A stretch of 26,847 nt of DNA from a virus (IMGVR_UViG_3300045135_001779:1-26847); one strand, 5' to 3'; numbered from the stretch's first letter, positions 9,826 to 17,093 are shown. Numbers and translations: made by a program. Notes: a model not told the origin generated them from the sequence alone.

Positions 9826-10020
9826 ATGAGTATGTGTGATTGTTTACATTGTTCGTCTTTGAATACAGCGTGGGATTCTATAGAAAAGAAACTGTGTCCC
9901 GCAGGTAAAGCGGCGGCGAAGCGCAAATTCAAAGTGTACCCAAGCGCATATGCGAATGGGTGGGCTGTTCAATACTGTCGCGGTAAATTTAGAGGAAAAA
10001 AGAAGGGGAAGAAGAAATGA
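9826..10020 (+). CDS. Small basic protein with Cys-rich leader
   Basis: 64 aa: MSMCDCLHC, LNTAWDSIEK, then 'KLCPAGKAAAKRKFKVYPSAYANGWAVQYCRG' and a poly-Lys tail. Confidence 0.7.
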   Translation: MSMCDCLHCSSLNTAWDSIEKKLCPAGKAAAKRKFKVYPSAYANGWAVQYCRGKFRGKKKGKKK

Positions 10021-10196
10021 AACTCAAAAAGGACAAGTGCTGTTGCGGAGGAACAAAATCTACCCCCTGCGTCTGTATGATACAGGGAAGAGAATGCTCC
10101 GCAACATCACCAAAATGTCCTTGTTATTCATTGATGGATAAACAGAACGGGAAGTCGCTGAAAAAAATGGTGAAGATGTATGGGCGACAAATTTGA
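10017..10196 (+). CDS. 59-aa Cys-rich metallothionein-like microprotein (not in ORF track)
   Basis: ATGA-coupled. MKLKKDKCCCGGTKSTPCVCMIQGRECSATSPKCPCYSLMDKQNGKSLKKMVKMYGRQI has 8 Cys as CCC, CxC, C, CxC. Confidence 0.7.
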   Translation: MKLKKDKCCCGGTKSTPCVCMIQGRECSATSPKCPCYSLMDKQNGKSLKKMVKMYGRQI

Positions 10197-10350
10197 ATGG
10201 CTAAGGAAACGATGCGAAGAGCGTCAGTATCCCTTTTGTGGACTTTGCTATTTAGAAGGTAATACCGAGCAACCACATTGCGATAAATGTCACCCGAAGG
10301 CTGTCATTCACGAAATCAATTGGAGGAAGAAGTATGCGGTTGATGGATGA
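10180..10350 (+). CDS. 56-aa zinc-finger microprotein (not in ORF track)
   Basis: GGTGA at 10169-10173 before ATG 10180. MGDKFEWLRKRCEERQYPFCGLCYLEGNTEQPHCDKCHPKAVIHEINWRKKYAVDG has two CxxC pairs and fills the gap to the next gene. Confidence 0.7.
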   Translation: MGDKFEWLRKRCEERQYPFCGLCYLEGNTEQPHCDKCHPKAVIHEINWRKKYAVDG

Positions 10351-12130
10351 ACTGATGCTTTTGGGCGCTTTCGATAAAGCCGAACTTTCACCTTCTGCAA
10401 AGAAGCACAAAAAAGAGTACGATACAAAGTACGAGTCTACACCCGCGCGGAAGAAATATCGCAGGGAGTTGGAGGCCGAGCGTCGTAAGCGTGGTGTCGA
10501 TGGTAAGGGTGGTAAAGACATGAGCCACACAGCAAGAGGTACGATTGTTCCCGAAGACATGCATGCGAATCGCGCGAGGCATTTCAAATCAAAAGGCACG
10601 TTGAAGAAAATCTATGCTCCCGATGACGATGAGATGAAAGCGAGAAGGGAGGCCGCGAGAAGAGCCGAAGCGTTACGTCGCGCATTAGAGGAATCACAAA
10701 AACGCGCTCCTAAAGTTAAATCACGCCCTCGACAAAATCTTGACTATCTACAACAACATCCACACATGGCAAAGGTGACCCCTACTGAATACGATATAGA
10801 AGGTAATCCAATCGTCGGTAATCGACAGATTGACGACATTGGTGGCGACTGCCCTCATTGCGACGAAGGTAAAACGCTTTACATGGATGATGGGGCTATT
10901 GGTTGCTCGTCTGAAGACTGTGTTGCAAATACGTCAAGTGCTATGGAATCAAGTGATGACATGGGTACTCCGCAGTATAAGCGCCGAGATGATTTTAGAT
11001 TCAAGGACGTAGGTACGGTGTATCCAACACAAGTTCGCGAGGAAGAGAGAAAAAAACCTCCCGGTGGATTAGCAGGGTTGTTCCCAATGGAACCCGACCC
11101 CGACTTTGAACCGCATGTGAGGATAACTGCGGCAAGCCCACAGCCGGTAAGACAGATGGTTGATGCACAAGGCAATCCTCCAACTACCATGCAGGGTATG
11201 CGACATCGCGATATACGCACAGGAGAGCCGATGGACTTAGCGTTCGATGTTATTGAAAAGAATCTCAACCGATGGTTCAAAGAGAAGTGGGTTGATGTTT
11301 CGCGCACAGGAAAAGATGGCAAACATCCTCCGTGTGGTCGAAGTAAAGCAAAGACGTCATCGAAAGGATACCCGAAGTGCCGACCAAGCGTGAAGGTATC
11401 GAGCAAGACACCAAAGACTTCCGGCTCTATGACCTCCGGTCAGAAGCGCGCGGCTACAAAACGTAAGCGTAGTAAGAGGCAGGGTGTTGGTGGTAAACCC
11501 ACCATCGTCAAGATATTGACGACAGAAAAACCACAACAAGTGCAAATGGATAGCGGACACGACCAATGTTGTGAAACAGCAAGACAGTCTTTGATTTCCA
11601 TACTGCAACAAGAAGCAGAAATGCAAAGACAAGGTGGTGCTTCAGATGATGTTCAACAGCAAGAAATACAAAGAATTGAAAATATGGATTGCGACCAATT
11701 ACAACAATATCTTGAAAACGAAGAAGGCACAATCGGACAACAAGAAGCCGCTATTTTCCAACAATGGCAGACCTGCGCCGAACAATCTAATATCGGTGGT
11801 GCGATGGTCAAGATACTCAAGAACGAAGACCCGAATCAGAAACGCTTGTTTGTTCAAGGACAGAAGACCCTTGACGGACAACCCGCCTTTTCACCTACAG
11901 ACTTTGTTGCACAGCAACAACGTAGAGAAGCGGCCAAAAAAGAGGCCGAAGCAAAACAGGCGAGAGCCAACGCTCAGATTGCACATGAGGCTATGACCAA
12001 CGAAGAACGCAATGCGGCGTTTCGGGCCAAACAAGCGCAAGCCAAACAAGCGCGAGAAGCAAATAGAAAACGTGTTGCTGTCAAAAACAAGATGCCTATT
12101 GGATACTTCAAGCCAACAGAAGAAGAGTGA
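10334..12130 (+). CDS. Multi-module (polyprotein-like) putative capsid-internal protein
   Basis: 598 aa, GGAGG at 10322-10326. Modules in order: basic KDMSH...E...NRAR unit, CPHC...CSSEDC Zn ribbon, TGEPMDLAFDVIEK linker, basic 'RWFKEKWVD...CGRS...YPKCRP' unit, Gln-rich CC...C...WxxC unit, MVKILKNED linker, Ala/Gln/Lys-rich helix. Confidence 0.7.
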   Translation: MRLMDELMLLGAFDKAELSPSAKKHKKEYDTKYESTPARKKYRRELEAERRKRGVDGKGGKDMSHTARGTIVPEDMHANRARHFKSKGTLKKIYAPDDDEMKARREAARRAEALRRALEESQKRAPKVKSRPRQNLDYLQQHPHMAKVTPTEYDIEGNPIVGNRQIDDIGGDCPHCDEGKTLYMDDGAIGCSSEDCVANTSSAMESSDDMGTPQYKRRDDFRFKDVGTVYPTQVREEERKKPPGGLAGLFPMEPDPDFEPHVRITAASPQPVRQMVDAQGNPPTTMQGMRHRDIRTGEPMDLAFDVIEKNLNRWFKEKWVDVSRTGKDGKHPPCGRSKAKTSSKGYPKCRPSVKVSSKTPKTSGSMTSGQKRAATKRKRSKRQGVGGKPTIVKILTTEKPQQVQMDSGHDQCCETARQSLISILQQEAEMQRQGGASDDVQQQEIQRIENMDCDQLQQYLENEEGTIGQQEAAIFQQWQTCAEQSNIGGAMVKILKNEDPNQKRLFVQGQKTLDGQPAFSPTDFVAQQQRREAAKKEAEAKQARANAQIAHEAMTNEERNAAFRAKQAQAKQAREANRKRVAVKNKMPIGYFKPTEEE

Positions 12131-12262
12131 TTATTCCTCTTCCAACGTTTCCATTTCACCGGCTAAGTTGTTCGCTTTGTGGACAATGAAATCCATCACT
12201 CGATACAAGACTTCCATCACAATGACGACAACAGCAATGTAAACAAGAAAATCTTCCATCAT
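12131..12262 (-). CDS. 43-aa single-pass membrane microprotein
   Basis: ATGA-coupled to the chaperonin stop. MMEDFLVYIAVVVIVMEVLYRVMDF...EEE. The longer track ORF to 12382 overlaps the chaperonin. Confidence 0.65.
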   Translation of the reverse strand: MMEDFLVYIAVVVIVMEVLYRVMDFIVHKANNLAGEMETLEEE

Positions 12263-13761
12263 CCCTTCCTCGCTACAATATCGTCTATGCGTAGAATTGC
12301 TGTTGCAACTTCTGTTGCGCTTGTGATAATTTGTCGTACAAGTTTCGCGGGTTCCATGACATCGTAATCCGACGTTTTGCAAACCTTACCAACGCCTTCA
12401 TCATCAATGTACAATCCCCAACGAGGCGGACAAGAACGCAACTCCATAACCACATCAAGTGGGTCCATACCTGCGTTAGCCGCAATAGCCGCAGGGATAA
12501 TTTCAAGCGAATCAGCATATGCTTCAAGACACATACGCTCCCTCGCGCTCAATCCACTTTCGTTTTGAGCATAGTTACGAACTACAGTAGACGCCCTTGA
12601 AAGAGCCGCACCGCCACCGGCGAAAGCACCATCGCCTTCATCTTCAAGATGTAGACAAACGACACCGAGAGCATCATCGAAGGCTCGCTCATACTCATCG
12701 AGTGTTTGGCGTGTAGCGCCGCGAACAACCATCGTAACAACCGTTGATTCGGGAACGGTGACGCTTACATAGTCAAGGTCGCCGATACGCTCCTTTTTGA
12801 TTGCTGAACCATGAACCTTCAAGTCTTCATCTCCAACGTCTGTGAAACGATGAAAACAAGGTAATCCTGTAATCCGAGTTAGCGCATTCATGTCTGATTG
12901 TTGAAGTCTTGAAACAACACCTATACCCTTAGCATCGAGGTATTTGACAACGGCCTCATGAACACCATCACGAACCAAAAGAACATCACATATTTTTGAT
13001 ATTTCTTGTGCCGCATGTCCAAGCATTTGCATCTGTTGTTCTTCGATTTGTTGTAATTGTGCGGGGTCGCTTACTTGCATTTGCACTTCACTCAAATCAA
13101 AACCTTCCAAACCACCATCGAGTAGTAAGACTCGCGCGTCTGCAAAAATTGTATCTGTTGGGATTGCAAAGTCTTTGCTTAACACCAATCCTTTATCGTA
13201 GTAGGAATCCCACATCGAACCACCTGCCTGTGTAATAATTCGCAGTCTATCCATGTCGCCATCAATAGCATTTGCAACTTCAACACAAAGGTCAGCCGCG
13301 CCTTGTAAATCACTTTCAGCCGCTTTTCCTCGTAGCGCTGTTTTAGCAATTGCATGCGGTTGTCCTTGTATAGCATCTCCTTCCATCCCATCCAAAGCAA
13401 TTTTGCTCGCACGATTAAACGCACGAACGATTGTCTGTGGGTGGATACCTCTCAGTAGCAGTCCTTCGCTCAAAGCAAGCATTTGTCCACCGAGAACAAC
13501 GACACTCGTTGTACCGTCTTTGCATACTTGTTCTTGTGTTTGGCTGATGCCAACCATCATCTTAGCGCCGGGGTGCGCTGTGTCTAATTCTCGCAATATG
13601 GTAACGCCATCATTTGTAACGATGGTATGTCCTTGTTCATCCACAAGCATTTTGTCCATTCCCGCAGGGCCGAGTGTAGACCTCACGGTTTCCGCTATGT
13701 TTACGGCGGCGCGTATATTGCTAATTTGGGCTTCTCTTCCGTTCTTTCTTTCGTCTGTCAT
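12259..13761 (-). CDS. ths: Group II chaperonin (thermosome/TCP-1 family)
   Basis: Motifs TLGPAGMDKML, TNDGVTIL, (K)DGTTS, RGAT...DEYERAFDDA, GGGA, VMEP, ILRIDD, plus a helical-protrusion-like segment. ATG 13761 follows GGAGG. Confidence 0.95.
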   Translation of the reverse strand: MTDERKNGREAQISNIRAAVNIAETVRSTLGPAGMDKMLVDEQGHTIVTNDGVTILRELDTAHPGAKMMVGISQTQEQVCKDGTTSVVVLGGQMLALSEGLLLRGIHPQTIVRAFNRASKIALDGMEGDAIQGQPHAIAKTALRGKAAESDLQGAADLCVEVANAIDGDMDRLRIITQAGGSMWDSYYDKGLVLSKDFAIPTDTIFADARVLLLDGGLEGFDLSEVQMQVSDPAQLQQIEEQQMQMLGHAAQEISKICDVLLVRDGVHEAVVKYLDAKGIGVVSRLQQSDMNALTRITGLPCFHRFTDVGDEDLKVHGSAIKKERIGDLDYVSVTVPESTVVTMVVRGATRQTLDEYERAFDDALGVVCLHLEDEGDGAFAGGGAALSRASTVVRNYAQNESGLSARERMCLEAYADSLEIIPAAIAANAGMDPLDVVMELRSCPPRWGLYIDDEGVGKVCKTSDYDVMEPAKLVRQIITSATEVATAILRIDDIVARKG

Positions 13762-13772
13762 TTCATAACCTC

Positions 13773-14381
13773 CTATTTCCAAAGCACCTCGTAATCTTCG
13801 ATGATGCCGGAATCTGTGTGTCGCGCTTTTACAACGCCATTCTTTCTACCATGCATGTACAAGTCATAATTCAACTTGCAATCAGCCAAGCAGTATTTCA
13901 TTACCGCACCGTACTTTCGCTCCTTCCAAGCGATAGGTGCATCTTCTGAATGCATGATTGTCTTACCCTTACCGAGTGTATGTTTGCAAACCTCATCGAG
14001 AGGGATGGCTACACCTGCTACACTACGCAATGTCCATGATGTATCAACAACATGCTCATCCGCTTTATTGAGAAGTACACCTGCGTAATGCATATCAAGC
14101 GCGTCGCGCAAAACCGGTAAATCGAATCCGCGAATGTTATGTCCTACAATAACGCCACCCGCGTCTACATGTTTTTTCAAATGCTCTCCGATGGTACGAG
14201 GATGTAGTGGATGCACATGGGCGTTTGGAATTTCTATGTGGTCTTGTTTTGTGAAAATGTGTGCTTCTTCACCATCCCACGTTGCAACCACCGTTGGTTC
14301 AAACAAGTGCGTCTTATCCCAACCACCAATCTCATGCGAGTAGTTCGCTGTTTCAATATCCAATGCCATTATTTTGCTCAC
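13773..14381 (-). CDS. DEDD/RNase H-like 3'-5' exonuclease (RNase_H_2/YprB-like)
   Basis: ExoI ALDIET, ExoII GHNIRGFDLPVL, ExoIII YCLAD; 202 aa stand-alone domain. Confidence 0.88.
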   Translation of the reverse strand: MSKIMALDIETANYSHEIGGWDKTHLFEPTVVATWDGEEAHIFTKQDHIEIPNAHVHPLHPRTIGEHLKKHVDAGGVIVGHNIRGFDLPVLRDALDMHYAGVLLNKADEHVVDTSWTLRSVAGVAIPLDEVCKHTLGKGKTIMHSEDAPIAWKERKYGAVMKYCLADCKLNYDLYMHGRKNGVVKARHTDSGIIEDYEVLWK

Positions 14382-14632
14382 TTCAATACCCCCTTGTCTT
14401 CTTCTTCACGACGTTTGATTGTAACATCTATTTTTCTTTTAAGCGCGTCCATCATCTCTCTTGTTGCCTTTAGATTTGTCAAAGCAGTCCCGGCAATGTT
14501 GGCTATGATACGAATAGTAGTAGCCGCACTCGGCATGTCTTCTAAGTCGAGAGCAACATCTCCACCTTCAAGCACGTCAAGTATGTCAGTCAGTATTCCT
14601 TTGTAGTGTTCTTCTTGTTCTCTTTGGTCCAT
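14378..14632 (-). CDS. Hypothetical helical protein
   Basis: 84 aa, fills the gap between the ATPase and the exonuclease, ATGA-coupled, GGAGG upstream. Confidence 0.7.
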   Translation of the reverse strand: MDQREQEEHYKGILTDILDVLEGGDVALDLEDMPSAATTIRIIANIAGTALTNLKATREMMDALKRKIDVTIKRREEEDKGVLK

Positions 14633-14634
14633 GT

Positions 14635-16059
14635 TTATTCCTCCTTTGGTCGAATGTATTTTGAATTTTTCAATGTCGTTGTTTGGAATTTGTCAGCCAC
14701 AGACTTGAATCGCTCATAGGTTGCGGTTTGACTGCGACCCTGTTGGCTTTGATAGCGACTCATCATTTCGCTTTTTAGAATCCATCCTTCTCCGCGTCCT
14801 TCAATCTCAACAGCCTTACACGTCTTGTATGCTTTCATCCATCCTTCGATGCGAGCCATCTTTTCAGCCGCCTTAGCGCCAACCTCAACTTCGGACTCAA
14901 GCCATAGTACAAGTTGCTCATAGATGTCGTAGATGATTTCAGTTGCCATCTCAACATCATCGCCGGTGACAGTCCATTCATCCTCAACGTGAATGTTGTC
15001 ACGCATGATTCTGAGCATGGCGATGTGGGTCGCAAAGACAACCGTGTACGAAAGAACGTTCGGGATGAAAGAACAAACAACATCACTCATGTGCTTATCC
15101 ATACCACGAACCAATGTGTAGTACGCGTCTACAGAAGCCATCAATTGTGGTTCAAAATCCGGAGCAGGTGTGAACATATGGTTCATCATTGCTCGCGCGA
15201 CTTCCTCTTTCTGTGTAGGATTCAATCCACCCCACTCTTCATGAGTCAAACCTGCCTTCAACAACAGTCTTGACCTTACCTTTTCGCGCAATTGTACAAA
15301 GTGAATAGCGATGTCATCGAGGGACATGACGTCATCTAATTTGTTTTTGAAGACGCCACTCATTCTTCTCTCCGATACCATCTGTCGCATGTCATCGCTC
15401 CACGGCCTGTACAAAATCAGAACACGTTGGAACAGACCCTTTGTCAAGACATACTCTTTGACACCGGCAGGTGGGAATGATGTAATCCAAAACGATACGC
15501 GCGATTCTGTTTCAACCTTACCGTTCTTCATGTGTTTTGTCAATGTGTTACTGTGACTGCCGATAGGGTTCATCGCTTGTTGTAGATACAGAATGACTTC
15601 TGAAAAGAATTGCTTTGGATTGGCTTGAAGAAGGATTGAACCTTCATCAAAGTTCAAACACTTCTTACCTGCAAGCAATCCCGGTTTTTCTACTGTGATG
15701 TATCCACCGTCATCATCCGGTATTGAGTCAATTGAACCAATCAACGCGCTGTCTGTTCCACTTGTGAACATATCAATCTCGATGTTGGCTAATTTGGCTA
15801 CTTCTCCTGTGAATTCCCATGCAATCGACTTACCCGACCTTGTTGCTTGAATCCAAAATACATGTACGCGAGGGTCAAGTGCGCTCGCCCATACAGGTAT
15901 TCTTACTTCGTCGGCAACTGTTTGGCCTTGTAGGTAAAAGAAGGATATTAGGCCGGGTACTTCGTTAAAAAACGAAGTTGTCCTAAACCGTTCAAGGTAA
16001 TCCTTCACGATGGGGTATTCTTTCATTATGCTGTACTGATTCCATTGTCTTTGGGGCAT
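14635..16059 (-). CDS. Divergent MCM-like AAA+ ATPase, putative replicative helicase
   Basis: Walker A-like QATRSGKS, 'TSGTDSALIGS...KPGLLA' MCM-like segment, Walker B LNFDEG followed by LQQAM, Arg-finger-like GLFQR, 'VTGDDVEMA' helix, possible winged-helix C-terminus. Confidence 0.65.
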   Translation of the reverse strand: MPQRQWNQYSIMKEYPIVKDYLERFRTTSFFNEVPGLISFFYLQGQTVADEVRIPVWASALDPRVHVFWIQATRSGKSIAWEFTGEVAKLANIEIDMFTSGTDSALIGSIDSIPDDDGGYITVEKPGLLAGKKCLNFDEGSILLQANPKQFFSEVILYLQQAMNPIGSHSNTLTKHMKNGKVETESRVSFWITSFPPAGVKEYVLTKGLFQRVLILYRPWSDDMRQMVSERRMSGVFKNKLDDVMSLDDIAIHFVQLREKVRSRLLLKAGLTHEEWGGLNPTQKEEVARAMMNHMFTPAPDFEPQLMASVDAYYTLVRGMDKHMSDVVCSFIPNVLSYTVVFATHIAMLRIMRDNIHVEDEWTVTGDDVEMATEIIYDIYEQLVLWLESEVEVGAKAAEKMARIEGWMKAYKTCKAVEIEGRGEGWILKSEMMSRYQSQQGRSQTATYERFKSVADKFQTTTLKNSKYIRPKEE

Positions 16060-16120
16060 TTCTCTTTCTCCATGTGGTGTCGATTATGAGGGGCCGACGA
16101 CTCCCTCTTGGTTCAAGACA

Positions 16121-16143
16121 CTCTATAACCATTTCCGCTTTTT
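16121..16143 (-). promoter_or_regulatory. Candidate archaeal BRE/TATA internal promoter upstream of the MCM-like gene
   Basis: Minus strand reads AAAAAGCGGAAATGGTTATAGAG in one of the few real intergenic gaps (16060-16173). Confidence 0.35.
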
Positions 16144-16173
16144 CGGTTTCCTTCCTGTAAATAGAAAAGTAAA

Positions 16174-16866
16174 TCATTTCTTCTCAACCCTCACTTCGTC
16201 TTCACTTGTAAGGACTTCAATGACACGATTCCGTAGTGTTTTACCCATGCGCGGAACATTTCTCAAACACTCTCCACAAGCGGCTTCTTCTATAGAACCG
16301 CATGCGTCTACGATAGCATCGGCCATTTCAGCACCGATACCCGGAATTGTAAGCAACATATCTACACGAACGTCGTTCGTGCTTACACGCTTAACTGCTT
16401 GAGCGCCGTGTCTACTCGCTCTTTTGTATGTTTTTTCATGTAGCGCGACCATGAAAGCCGCCGCTTCACTTACGTTAGGCGCTCTATACAATAAGCACCC
16501 AAAGTCTGCAACAATACGACCAAGAAATCCTGTCATCTGTTTCAAAGCCATACTGTGTGTTATAGTAGCCCCTCGCCCTTTAGCGCGAGCCACATAATCA
16601 TTTAGATTCCCCCAAACAACAAGTCCGAAGTTACCTGCATTCGCATCCATGTTATCAAGTTGCCTCATCAGATGACCGTTTCTCATAGACTGCATCAAGT
16701 CATCAACGCTTTTGGCTTCAATCAACCAATCACCGCAATGGTAATCACCATTTACTAAATTCTGCCGTAGAATGTTCACTCTCGGAGAGCGTGAATTAGC
16801 GCGTCGTTCAATTGCATCCGGTAACTGCCCTCTTTCGTTGGTGTCAATAATTAAAGGGTTACTCAT
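16174..16866 (-). CDS. xpf: XPF/ERCC4-type structure-specific endonuclease with tandem HhH
   Basis: IIDTNE, GDY...LIEAKSVDDL..S..NGHL..QL nuclease motifs; HhH motifs LLTIPGIG and LRNVPRMG. Confidence 0.92.
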   Translation of the reverse strand: MSNPLIIDTNERGQLPDAIERRANSRSPRVNILRQNLVNGDYHCGDWLIEAKSVDDLMQSMRNGHLMRQLDNMDANAGNFGLVVWGNLNDYVARAKGRGATITHSMALKQMTGFLGRIVADFGCLLYRAPNVSEAAAFMVALHEKTYKRASRHGAQAVKRVSTNDVRVDMLLTIPGIGAEMADAIVDACGSIEEAACGECLRNVPRMGKTLRNRVIEVLTSEDEVRVEKK

Positions 16867-17093
16867 TCGTTTTCCTCCTTCGGTTTATGATTAAAGCAGT
16901 AATCTTCTGATGTTACTTGACGACAAGGTTTACCACTTGACGTCGTACCTTTGCAAAAGTATTTTTCTGGTAGCGCGTCTATGTTTTCTTTACAAGGACC
17001 GCACAACTGTGTTTTTATTTTGCGTCGATTTCTTCGACTTGTTGCTCTTCCACACAATTCACAGAAGTTTCCACTTATTGTATGCTTAACCAT
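16863..17093 (-). CDS. Double zinc-finger small protein
   Basis: Start at ATG 17093 (76 aa). CELC...CGPC plus C-x9-C-x8-C-x2-H (CKGTTSSGKPC...YCFNH). ATGA-coupled to xpf. Confidence 0.75.
   Translation of the reverse strand: MVKHTISGNFCELCGRATSRRNRRKIKTQLCGPCKENIDALPEKYFCKGTTSSGKPCRQVTSEDYCFNHKPKEENE

Noticed and set aside
10197-10262. Short ORF starting at ATG 10197
   Set aside because: Only 21 codons; the overlapping 10180-10350 frame has an SD and a double CxxC motif.
10400-10600. HNH homing endonuclease / mobile element
   Set aside because: Only a degenerate KDxSH...NRAR pattern embedded in a larger protein, with no intron or mobility context.
10879-11406. 175-aa minus-strand ORF
   Set aside because: Antisense to the 598-aa gene; composition mirrors the sense codons.
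13253-13768. 171-aa plus-strand ORF
   Set aside because: Antisense to the well-supported chaperonin.
15992-16177. 61-aa minus-strand ORF bridging xpf and the MCM-like gene
   Set aside because: It is ATGA-coupled to xpf but overlaps the next gene by 68 bp, has no motif, and the region reads better as a promoter/leader. Not fully excluded.
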